A stretch of 64,000 bases of DNA from Basidiobolus meristosporus CBS 931.73 (lineage: Eukaryota > Fungi > Basidiobolomycota): contig MCFE01000427.1 in assembly GCA_002104905.1 (NCBI GenBank), positions 1 to 64,000 of the forward strand. The letters run 5' to 3'. A program made the position numbers and the translations under genes. The notes below the pieces were generated by a model. The model did no database searches and was not told where the DNA came from. It saw nothing but the letters and a program-made list of their open reading frames with translations. This document shows, piece after piece, positions 1-12,087 of this stretch; position 1 is the first letter of the stretch, and each line of letters begins with the position of its first letter.

Positions 1-1818
1 AAGTTGACTAATATTCCATCATATCTGGAAGCCAATATAAGTAACTCAAATGAAGAAACACCAATGCTTTGGCACAGGATATTTGGGCACATCAATTTTG
101 ATTATTTGTGTAAAATGATCAAAGTTTAGCTAATCTCTGGAGTAAAAACTGATCCCTCAGCTAATTTGGAGCACTGTGAAGCTTGCATATATGGGAAACA
201 AGCCAGACAACTGTTCAAGAGCTCTGGGTTGATCAAAACTAAGAAAAAGCTAGTCTAGTTCACTCAGATCTGTGTGGACCTATGCAAAATTTATCCTTAG
301 GTGGGATGAAGTATTTAATCACTTTTATTGCTGATTATACAAGATACACATGGGTCTACTTCATGAAGAGAAAGGAAGAAGCTCTGTCTAAGTTCAGGGA
401 GCTTAAAGCCATGGTGGAGAGAGAAACTAGTGAAAAAATCAAGAAATTATGCTCTGACAATGGTGGAGAATATACCTCAAAACATTTCATTCACTTCTGC
501 AAAATTCATGGGGTAAAGCAAGAGACTACTGTACCATACTCCCCACAGCAAAATGGAGTAGCAGAATGTGCTAACAGATCAATAATTGATATGGTAAGAT
601 CTATGGTCCATGATCAAAAATTATCTTATGACTTTTAGGCGGAATCAGTTGCCACTGCTGTATATCTTAAAAATAGGAGTTATAGCAGAATACTTTGTTA
701 TTCTATTCCATTTGAAGCATGGTATAGATACAGATCAAGTGCAGATCATCTAAGAATATTTCGGTGTACAGCATATGCCAAGAAACTGCCAGGAAATCAG
801 TCAAAACTTGAGCCAAAAAGTGTAAAATGCATACTTTTGGGTTACTGCAATGAGAGTAAAGCATACAGACTCTACAATACCAAAGCAAAGAAGCTAATCA
901 AGCCAAGGGATGTGTTATTTGATGAAAATTCAAAATTTTTGCAAAAAATGACATCAGATGATGACAAAAATCTGATCCCAAGTCCATCAATTATCAGGAT
1001 TAAATCAGAGCAAAACAATGAAATTTTTTCACTCCAGAGGACTCTACAACCATGGTTCAGCCAGAATCAGTGCCCAGGAATATCCCAGAAGTGATAATTC
1101 CAGTATTAAATGCCCGGAGATCCAATCGGACAAGAAATAGCCCAAATTACTATATCAATGAGGGTACAAACTTAGCCTATGCCTATTCAGTCCATATTGA
1201 TGAGCCCCAGACTGTAAAAGAGGCCCTAAATAGCCCTCAGACAAAGTTTTGGAGATATGCAATGACTGAGGAATATCAGGCCCCAATGGAAAATCAGACT
1301 TGGGACTTGGTCAAATTACCAGTCAACTGAAAATCAATTGGATGCAGATGGGTTTTCAAGACAAAATATAAGGCTGATGGTACAATTGAAAGATACAAAG
1401 CAAGACTTGTAGCCAAAGGATACTCTCAAACAAAAGGACTTGACTATACTGAGACCTTTGCACTGGTAGCCAAGTTTAATTCCATCAGATTAATATTCGC
1501 TATTGCAGCCAAATATAAGTTTTTTATTCATCAAATGGATGTAAAAGCTGCATTTTTGAATGGAGAACTTGATGAGGACATGTATATGGACCAGCTTGAT
1601 GGGTTTGTTGACCAAGATAACCCCCATTTGATCTGCAAGCTTAAAAAGTCACTATATGGTCTCAAACAATCACCTAGAGTCTAGAATTGCAAGATAGATT
1701 CTTATTTGGAATCTTTGAGTTTCAAAAGGAGTAATGCTGACTATAGTATATACTATATGCCAGATAGAGCAAATCCAGTTCTATTAGCTCTATATGTGGA
1801 TGATCTTATTATAGCCAC

Positions 1819-2886
1819 TGTAGTGGGGTGACAGTGACACCCACTGACGGATGTGCTCATTCCCTTATTTTCTACTTCCCTTTATCTCTACTACACTTAT
1901 TTTAGTTTTATCCCATTTGTCTTACCTGATCAGTACTATCCCATAAGCCGGTTGACTATCATACCTGCTTACCTTATTGCATAAGTTACCCCTCACTTTA
2001 TGTAAGATTACTAGCTATAAGTGCTTCTATATTAGGCAAGTACCCACGCCAGTACCCATGACACATGGTCACCCCGTATCACCATCCCTACCATTTCCAT
2101 ACCATGTATGGTATCCCTATGTTACACAGGTTTCAGAATACTGATTCCTGATTGGTTGGATGTGCTGTGCCTCTTAGAACCTTCCGGCACCTACTTAGAA
2201 CATTCTTAGGTCATTCTGATGTCATTAAGATTTCTACTGATATCCGGAACCTTCTAGAACACCATGATTGGTAATCACTTAGGCAGTAAGAAAAGTATAT
2301 AAGGGAGGCTATCCCTCAACAATAAATCATCATCCCTTTTATCAATATACCAACTTGTTGATTAGTGTGATAACTGCTACCGGGTGCTACCTGAACTTCC
2401 AACCCCAGACCACAGGACACTCCCAGGAAATCACGCTGACAGCCAACTCATCTTGGAGGCACTACTTGTGAGGAATACTCAGAGTGGGTATCTTTTATTT
2501 TATTTAATTCTTTCACAAGTTTGATCTTGTACAGGCAAAGATACTTTTCTGTCTTTGTAACTATTGACCACAGCTGCATTCTTATCAAGTCCCTGCTGGT
2601 GGAGTTTACAGTTGTTTTGACTTTGGAAGCTTTAGTACATTGTCATCTCAAAGGACGCTGAACCCAGCACATACTTTTGCTAATATGCCAACTAAGTTGG
2701 GTATTGTGGCTCAATAGTTTTCCCTTGACAAGCTTGTGGCTTTATTCCCCTTCACATTAGATTAGAGACAGAACCCAAGTATTCCTAGCAAGCTTTTGCC
2801 AGAGGTTATTGCACCTAGTGAACACCCCACACACAAAACACTTGAGAAGTGTTGGACGCTCTCTCTTGGACTTATACACCACCACA
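1819..2886. mobile_element. Solo LTR (1068 bp) of an unrelated, probably gypsy-type retroelement inserted in the copia RT
   Basis: Starts TGTAGTGG and ends CCACCACA (imperfect inverted termini, TG..CA). Internal TATATAA and AATAAA. Splits the host sequence atag-ccgc-caat; flanks ccac/ttgc fit a decayed 4-bp TSD. Confidence 0.8.
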
Positions 2887-3856
2887 TTGCCAATAACCTA
2901 GAAACATTGGAAGAGACTAAATCCGGCCTATCTAAGGAGTTCAAGATGTCCAATCTAGGAGAACTTAGTTACTACTTAGGGATTAAGTTCCCCATAGACA
3001 GAAGTACCCAGACTATTAACCTAAGCCAATCCAAGTATATTCAAAATATACTAAAGGAGTACCAAACAGAAGACTGTAAACTGGCAGCTACCCTAATGGA
3101 GACAAGCCTTGACTTGGTCAAAACTCAACCAAATCAAGAGAGCTTGGTGCCATCTAAAAGCCCTGACTTTCCTTATCAATCTATAGTTGGCAGTCTGATG
3201 TATATTATACTTAGAACATGTGCAGATATCTCATATTCAGTGGGAGTTGTCAGCCAACATAATCAGTACTATGGATCTGATCATATTGCAGCAGTTAAGT
3301 GGATTTTCAGATACCTAAAAGGAACTGCTGATATCTGCTTAAAATACACTTATAAGGATTCAGACCAGGATCTTCTGGGATACTCTGATGCAGATTGGGA
3401 AAGAATTGTGGAAGACAGAAGATCCACCACAGGATACACCTTTCTTTACTGTAAAGGAGCAATTGCATGGAATTCAAGAAAGCAACCAACCGTAGCACTT
3501 TCCACCACAGAGGCAGAGTATATGGCAGCCTGTGAAGCTACAAAAGAAGTAATGTGGTTAAGAAAGCTTTTTAAAGATTTAGGCCTATGTCAAAAACTGT
3601 CTATTACCTTATTTCAAGATAAACAAGGAAGTATACAATTAAGTAAAAATCCAACTTTTCATGCTAAGACCAAGCACATAGATATCAGACATCATTTCAT
3701 ATGTGGAGCTATAGAGAATAGCTTAGTTAGCTTAGTTTACTGTCCTACAGGTGAGATGATTGCAGACATATTTACCAAACCATTTGCTAGAGACAAGTTT
3801 GAATATTTTAGGTCAAAATTTGGACTAGTCAGTATGAACATTTAGCTGAGTGGGAG

Positions 3857-4203
3857 TGTTGTAAAATTTGTAATTCCACCTAAATACTCACTTAACTTAG
3901 TCACTTAGATCATTACCCTCAAATTCTATAGAATACTGACCAAATTCCTTGTTGGGATTTACTTGGAATATTTTTACCAAAATACCAGGTACCCAGAACA
4001 TGAAAATTCTCAAAGTTGTCCAAACAGCCCCAAACTTTGCACACATGTTCTTGAGACCTTCCTTAACCTATTCTATGTGTTTGTAATGCCAAGACCAGGT
4101 AAAAGTATAAATACTACTTTACATTCAATAAATAATCAAGTGAAAACCACATAATCTACTTGTTCACCCAATCACTTCTAATATCTCCAAGACTCTTACA
4201 ATA
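3857..4203 (+). repeat. 3' LTR of copia-A copy 1
   Basis: Follows PPT GAGTGGGAG, starts TGTTGTAAAA, aligns with 54054-54402, ends CTCTTACAATA (CA decayed to TA). Confidence 0.9.
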
Positions 4204-6144
4204 AAGAATAGAAGTTATAATAGTGCACTTTGTGATTCTTCTCCATATGAAGCATGGTATGGGCACAGATCAAGTGCTGAACAACTAAGAATATTTGGGT
4301 GTACTGCATATACCAAGGTACTGCCTGGAAATCAGTCAAAATTTCAGCCAAAAAGTGTAAAATGCGTATTTTTGGGTTACTGCAATGAGAGTAAAGCATA
4401 CAGACTCTACAATATCAAAGCAAAGAAGCTTATCAAGCCCAGGAATGTGTTGTTTGATGAAAATTCAAAACTTTCACAAAAAATTACATCAGATGATGAC
4501 AAAATCTGATCATAAGTCCACCAATTGTCAGGATTAAATTAGTGCAAAACAATGAAGATTTTCACTCCAGTGGACTCTACAACCATGGGTCAGTCTGAAG
4601 CAGTGCCCAGGAATATCCTAGAAGTGATTATTCCAGTATCAAATGCCTGGAGATTCTATCAGACAAGAAATAGCCAAGTCACTATATCAATGAGGGTACA
4701 AACTTAGCTTATGTGTATTCAGTCCATGTTGATGAGCCCCAGACTATAAAAGTGGCTCTAAATAGCCCTCAGACAGAGGTTTGGAGATCTGCAATGACTG
4801 AGGAATATCAGGCTCTGATGGAAAATCAAAATTGGGACTTAGCTAAGTGACTGATCAACCAAAAATCAATTGGATGCATATGGGTCTTGAAGACAAAATA
4901 CAAGGCTGAAAGCTCCATTGAAGGTTTCAAAGCAAGACTTGTGGCCAAAGGATAGTCTCAAGCAAAAGGTTGTGACTATACTGAGACCCTTGCACCGGAA
5001 GCTAAGTTTAATTCCATCATATTGATATTGGCTTTTGCAGCCAAATATAAATTCTTTATACATCAAATGGATTTAAAAATTGCTTTTTTGAATGGAGAAC
5101 TTGATGCGGACATGTATATGTACCAGCCTGACAGTTTTGCTGACAAAGGTCACCCCACTTGGTCTGCAAGCTTAAAAAATCTCTATTTGGTCTTAAACAA
5201 TTCCAAGAGCCTGGAATTGCAAAATAGATTCTTATATGGAATCTTTGAGTGTCAAAAGAGTAATGCTGACTATAGTATATACTATAAGCCAGATAGAGCA
5301 AATCCAGCTCTATTAGCTGTGTATGTGGATGATCTTATTATAGATGCCAACTGACCTAGCAACATTGGAAGAGAATAGATCCAGCCTATCTAAGTAGTTG
5401 AAGATGTCCAATCTAGGAGAAGTCAGTTACTACTTCAGGGATAAAGTTCTCCATAAACAGATGTATCCAGATTATGACCCTACGCCAATCCAAGTATATT
5501 CACAGATATACTAAAGAAGTACCAATGGAAAACTGCAAACTGGCAACTACCTCAATGAAGACAAACCTTAGCATGGTCAAAATGTAACAAAATAAGAGAG
5601 CTTGGTGCCATCTGAAAGCCCTGACTTTCCTTATCAATTGATGGTCAACAGTCTGATGTATAACATGCTGGGAACATGTCCAGATATCTCATACTCAGTG
5701 GGAGTTGTCAGCTGGCACAATCACAACTATGGTTCTGATCATATTGCAGCAGTTAAGTGGATTTTTTGATTCCTAAAAGGAGCTGCTAATATCTGCTTAA
5801 GATACACTAATAAAGGTTCAGAACAGGATCATGTGGGATACTCTGATGCTGATTGGGGACAAATTCTGGAAGACAGAAGATCCACCACAGGATACACCTT
5901 TCTTTACTGTAAAGGAGCAATTTCATGGAATTCAAGAAAGCAACCAATCATAGCAGATTCTACTGCAGAGGCAGAGTATATGGCAGCCTGTGAAGATACA
6001 AAAGAAGCAATGTGGTTAAGAAAGCTTTTTACAGATGTAGGCCTATATCAAAAAACACCTATTAAGTTATTTCAGGATTATCAAGGATATATACAGTTAG
6101 GTAGAAATCCTACTTTTCATGTTAGAACCAAGCACATAGATATT

Positions 6145-8489
6145 AGACTTGTTCCATTGTAATGTGCCAGGGTGTGCAGCGCAATCCATAGCCTCAAAGA
6201 ACAATAGGGCCCAATTCTATAGCTACCAGTAGGCAGGATTGCTCTTGGACAATTTTGCACCTTGGGGGACAATCTTGCATACTATGGCACAATCTGACAC
6301 AATGAGGTTGGCATGGATGATTGCACCAACTTGTAATGTTTGCATCACATGCACAATTGGATACCACTATTATAGTAGGTAAAATCTGGTATTTGGATAC
6401 ATTTCTTTAATGTAAATGGAAATAAATGCGTATCACACTATAAACTACACTGATACTTACCATTATGGTTACCATCACTCCAATTGGATGGGATCTCAGC
6501 AATTAATGAACAGGTGCAAAACAGATTAAATGGCTGCACTGGTGTAACCAATAATGTACATATATGCAGGGTGCCTATTTATAAGGGTTCTGTCTCAAAT
6601 GTGCAGACAACCTTGATATTGCTTTTATCAAAAATTAAGTGATCACTGATTGCAATGGCTTGAGTTGGATTGCAAAAAAAATGCATTGCTCAGATCATGA
6701 CAAATAATAGCAATTCAATGCAATTGCATAATTTTCTCCTTGGTTTTTTTCCCACAGGGATTACTACCAAAGCATTTGGAAGTTATTCACTTTAAACACC
6801 TAAACTACTTCCTTGTAGACTATCCGCTTGGCTACTTGTGTATTTGTAGTCAGTATTTTGCCTCCTAGCTGATGAATGCAATGCTGCAGCTTGGCCTTGC
6901 TTAATGGCTCCAGATGATGCTACTGAACCAGCCTGCAGTGCAACATGCTGACATGTTATTTTACTTGCCAAAGACTTAGGTGGTGGATGTACTTTGTATG
7001 AGTCATCATCAGTCATTTCACCAGAAGAAACTTGCTGATGGTCAGGTGTTATGGCACACACAGGCGCTCCTTGATGTGCTGGAATGGTCCTTTGGCTGAG
7101 TTCAATGTGATGCTGCTTGTTGATGCAATTTGGCCTGCTCCAATGTACTTGTGTATAAATGAGCAGTTTAGCAAGTTCTGGTGGTTTTGCTCTGAAGTGC
7201 ATGCATTGACCCAACACATGTTGACTTGATGCAAGGTGCTCTTATGAAGGGTGCTGATGTAGTTTGGACTGATGTGCACTGGCGTGCTGAAGTTGCAAGG
7301 GATGGTAAGGAATCCAGCAAAGAGTGCTGGCGCAATTTAGACCCTGTTGCTTGCGGTCTGTATTCTTCCTCTTGAAGCTCACTTTCTGATCCCTCAAGGT
7401 ATTCACCTACACTCTGTCTGATACTTTGGAACTGTTGCCTGGATGAGTCCTGTGTATATTGCTCTTGAAAGCCACTTAGCTTTACTAATATATCACATAG
7501 TACATTAGTCATATGAGGCAAAAACTCATTCAAAATGTCTTTGGTTCCCAGATTTGAGGCACAAACAGACACGTTCAGCCCATACTGTGCAAATTGCATG
7601 CAAAATTGCTCCTGCACAGCTTCCTCATCAAACCTCCTCACTCTCAGCTCATTCTTGACCACAATGGAGAACCACCTTGCAGAGGGTTTGAATGACTTAG
7701 AGCAAGCTTGGAATACTAGGTTCAGAAACTCCAACAGACTTCCATATCCCAGAGTGTTCAGGAACAGGTACCATATAGGAGTACTTTGGAAACCTTCCCA
7801 GTCAAGATGAACAGACCTTCTGGAGGGCAGAGGCACTTTTATACTGGCCAGGCCACTGTGTGAAGTTTCAAGTACTATCTGATATTGAGGGTAACATCAT
7901 CTGGTTTAGTGGGCCATTTGCTGGAGATAGTCATGACAGAGCACTCTGGGTAGAGAATCAGCCAGAATTCAGTAGAGGGGAGAAATATGTGGCAGACTTA
8001 GCTTATATAGGAGAGGATTGTCAGAGAATAGGATGTATTGCAGCATATAGGAAGCCAAGGATTGGTGTGCTTAGTAGGAAGCAGAAGCTCTACAATGAGA
8101 TATTTAATCATTTCAGAGTGAGGGTAGAGCATACACTTGAATATTTGCAGAAATTCAGCATATTGGCTGGTAAATTCAGAGGAAAGTCATTTATAGGAGA
8201 AAACAGCAGAATAGGTAATCTAGTCAAGATACCTATCAATGCACAGTATATTCATACTAGAAGACATCTACTGAGAGAAATGTGTCTGAAGCATTATGAA
8301 GAGTAAATAAAGCAAGGAATGCACTATTCTGATCAACATAACTAAGATAAAATAAAATTACCAGTAACTATATCCTACCACTGGCATTATGTTAGAAATT
8401 ATAGTGCCAGATAGTGCCATAGAGTGCCTGATCAATCCAGCACTATAAACAGGCTTGTACTATTTGGCAATGCCCAATGGAACAAGTCT
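6145..8489 (+). mobile_element. PHIS-superfamily (Harbinger/Pangu-like) DNA transposon, internally deleted
   Basis: Perfect 15-bp TIR AGACTTGTTCCATTG (6145-6159) / CAATGGAACAAGTCT (8475-8489), ATT on both sides (6142-6144, 8490-8492), DDE_Tnp_4-like ORF inside. Confidence 0.85.
7860..8306 (+). pseudogene. C-terminal fragment of a DDE_Tnp_4 (Harbinger/IS5-like) transposase
   Basis: KFQVLSDIEGNIIWFSGPFAGDSHD, VADLAYIG, YNEIFNHFRVRVEH match the DDE_4 pattern. No ATG start; upstream part frameshifted or deleted. Confidence 0.8.
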
Positions 8490-9506
8490 ATTAAGCATCA
8501 TTTCATAGGAGAAGCTATGGAGATTAACTTAGTTAGCTTAGTTTACTGTCATTCAGATGAAATGATTGCAGACATATTTACCAAACCATTAGCTAGAGAC
8601 AAGTTTGAACATCTTAGGTCAAAACTAAGACTAGTCAGTATGAACATTTAGCTGAGTAGGAGTGTTGAAAAAATTTGTAATTTCACTTAACTATCCACCC
8701 AACTTAGTCACTTGAGTAATATCCAATTCCTTGTGGGGATTTGGTTGGAATATTTTCACCAAAATATCAGGTACTCAGAACATAACAATTGGATAAGCTG
8801 TCCAAACAGCCCCATACTTTGCACACATGTTCATGTGTCTTTCCTTAGCCTATTCTATGTGTTTGTAATGCTAAGATCATATAAAAGTATAAATACTACT
8901 TTTCTATCCAATAAATCATTAAGCAAAAACCACATAATCTACTTGTTCACACAATCACTTGCAATTTGTCCAAAACTCTTACAACAATACAAGCATGTAC
9001 AGTCTGTTAAGGAAGGTCTCAAGAATGTGTGCTAAGTATGGGGTACTTTGAACATCCTTGAGCAAGGTCATAAGCTGGGTACCTGATAATTTGCTGAGAA
9101 TATTCTAAATTGATCCCAATAAGAAGTTTGGTTATCACAGAATATTAATCATGGAATAGGATATGTGGCTAAGCTAACATGAATATTTAGGTGTCAACTA
9201 AAGAATTACAACAATAAATACTATGAAAGCTTCCCAAAAGCCACCCAGCTTTGCACTCATGCTAATGATGCAGCAGCACTCTATAGAGTAGAGGAAATGG
9301 TTACGACAACTAGAAATCTGCATGATATTTGTTTTCTGTGTATCAAGTGTAAATAGAGTATTTATACTTCTAGTAGAACCCTGTAGAGCTACTGCCAATA
9401 TTTCTTAGAGCAGAAAGCAGCTCTTGGAGTAATTTGTCCAGCCAATATTATCCTCATTGCTAGGCATATCTTATTGCAACATTGGGTATGTGGAAAATGA
9501 ATATAT

Positions 9507-9857
9507 TGTTGAAATATTGGACTATTTGGTATCATTCAGCAGCTAAAAATTTACTTAACAATTCTAGGCTAGTCTTAGTTACTGTAGGACTCATTTACTG
9601 CCTTAACTTCGCCACTTTCTCCAGATATATGATCTTATGATTATTCCCCTATAGTCAGGATCAAATTAGCACTATTACCAAACATTATGTACTAACCCTG
9701 AAACTGTTACAGAATGCTCCTGAATATTGAGAAACCCTCCCTACTTAGTGTTGCAGCTGTATTACTTCTACAAAGGTATAAATACTGAGCTTCTTTATGA
9801 ATAAACAAAAGTTCAACTATTATCACTATTTCTTGATAAGTTCCTTATATCCAAATC
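9507..9857 (+). repeat. Degenerate solo LTR, family B
   Basis: Reverse-complement homolog of 14935-15284 (starts TGTTGAAATA). End approximate. Confidence 0.65.
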
Positions 9858-9929
9858 ACTTCTTAAATTGCAACATATATTAGTTTTGTACAAAGGCCCC
9901 TGACCTTTTCACACCTGCTTGTAAATGTT

Positions 9930-12087
9930 TCAAGAGACTTGGAAATATTGGAAGTGATTAGGACAACAAGTAGATAATGTGGTTTCCACTAAAAATTTTA
10001 TTGAATGTAAAAGTAGTGTTAATTCTTTTACATAGTATTGGCAGAGCAAACATACCAAATATGCTTAAGAAGGTCCCAAGAATATGTGTGCAAATCTTTG
10101 GGCTGTTTGGACAGCTTGGAATAATTTCATCAAGATAGCAGGTACCCAGAGCATGAAAATTCTCAAAATAAATCCAACAAAAAATTGGGTCTGTATTCTC
10201 CTAGATTTGTAGGTATGAATCTAAGTGACTAAGTTGGGTGAGTATTTGGTAGAGTTACATACTTTACATCAGTTTTCACTTAATGCTTGAATCAATGTGA
10301 AAATATTCCAAGTCCCAGCAAAATATATGGTCAGAACACTTCAAGATTTGCAGGTGATGCTCAAAGTGAGCGTTCAGTTATAATACAAGCTTTGCAACAT
10401 TCCTGCTCACATGAAAATTCATACTACCAAGTCCAAATTGTGAACTGATATATTCAAATTTGTCTACAGCTAATGGCTTTGTATATATGCCCACAATCAT
10501 TTTATCTGTAGGGCAGTAAGTTAAGTTAGCTGAGTTGTTCTCTATAAATTCCAGTATGAAATGATGTCTGGTATCTATGTTATCAGTTTTAGCATATACA
10601 AAAATTGCATTTCAAATGTTGAACCAAAAACATCAGCTGAATATCAGCAAAGTAACTTTAGAATACAAGCAGAGTACCAGCTGAAAGTTCAATGAATTCC
10701 ATGTTTGGGATTTTTCACAGTGATGTATCTGGTGGTGAATCTCCTGTCTTCTGAGTTTTTCCTCATTCTGCATCAGAGTATCTCAAAAGATCCTCTTGTG
10801 AATCCTTATTTGTGTACCTTAAACATATACTAGTAGCTCCCCTTGAGTATCTGGAAGTTTGCTTAACTGCTGCATTATAATCTGATCAAAATGGCTATGC
10901 CAAGAACATTGACATTTAGAGCAAATAGAACTGGACTTGATTTGTGTGGCTATAGTAGAAGCATTAGTAGGCAGTACTTCATTGGGAACTCAGGGACTCC
11001 AGATAAGAGTCAATCTTGTACATCCAGGCTCTAGGTGACTTACATGGACTGTATGAAGGTTTTTTAAGCTTGCAGCCCAAACAGGGATCATATTAGTCAG
11101 CAAACCCATTAGACTGGTCCAGGTGCATGTTGTCATCAAATTTATGTTTCAAAAAGGGTTCTTACATCAATTTGAAGAATAACAAACTTATACTTGGCTG
11201 TAACTGCAACTATTGATTTGATGGAATCACACCTAGGTACAAATGCAAAGGTTTCAGTGTAGTCCAGTGATTTTGTCTGAGAGTATCCTATGGCCACAAG
11301 TCTTGCCTTGTATGTTCCAGTTATACTATCAGCCTCATATGTTACACTGAAGACTCATCTGCATCCAACCAATTTTCAGAAAGTTGGTAATTTGGCCAAA
11401 TCTTGAGTTTGATTTTCCATTAGGGCTTGATATTTCTGAGTCATTGCAGAACTACATAGCATTCGTTGAGGGCTATATAGGGTATCTTTTACAATCTAGG
11501 GCTCATACCTCTGGAATGATCCTGGGAACTGATTCCAGCGGAACCACAAGTGCAGAGTATTTGGAGTGAGAAAGTTATTGATGTTTTGCTCTGAATGAGT
11601 TACAACTGCTGGTAGACTTGGAATTATGCTTTTGTGATGATCAGATGACTTATTTTGTCAGAATGATAAGTTTAATCAGTTAGCACATCCCTAGATCTGG
11701 TCAGCATCTTTGCTTTGGCATTTCAGAGTCTCTATGTCATACCCTCATTGCATTAACCCAAAAATATGTTCTCACCACCTTTTGGATCAAGTTGTGATTG
11801 ATTTCCAGGCAGTTTCTTAGCATATGCTGTGCTATCAATTAATTTTTTGGTGCTCTACACTTGGTCTATATTCATTCCATGCCTCCTACAGAATAGAAGC
11901 ATGAAGTATTTTGCAATTACCCCCAATTTAAAGATGTGCATCTGTAACAACTTATTGCACCCAAAAACCATACCCTATGAAAAGTAATTTGGTCTTGCAG
12001 GTGGATCCAGTCTAGATCAGGCTTCAGGATCCCACCAGGAGACTTTAACAATACCAGCAGCTTTGAATTCATGACTCTCTACATATT
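9930..12087 (-). mobile_element. Heavily decayed copia relic (LTR-like piece, RNase H, RT, integrase remnants)
   Basis: Minus strand retains KT.nIDTRHHF-like and RT-like stretches similar to family A, with no long ORF. Boundaries approximate. Confidence 0.6.

Larger units (their letters stand above)
1..4203 (+). mobile_element. Degenerate Ty1/copia element (family A, copy 1), cut by the window start. Integrase, RT, RNase H and 3' LTR remain; interrupted by a solo LTR at 1819-2886
   Basis: Integrase motifs (SDNGGEY, TVPYSPQQNGVAE), RT (lyvDDli) and RNase H (GYSDADW, KHIDIRHHFI) in copia order. Colinear with 51270-54402 but with stops and frameshifts. Confidence 0.95.
4204..8986 (+). mobile_element. 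Older, more degenerate copia-A element (copy 2): integrase C-terminus, RT, RNase H, 3' LTR. Split by a DNA transposon at 6145-8489
   Basis: Colinear with 51940-54402 with many stops and frameshifts. RNase H KHIDI|HHFI is split exactly at the DNA transposon. LTR 8663-8986 follows PPT GAGTAGGAG. Confidence 0.9.
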
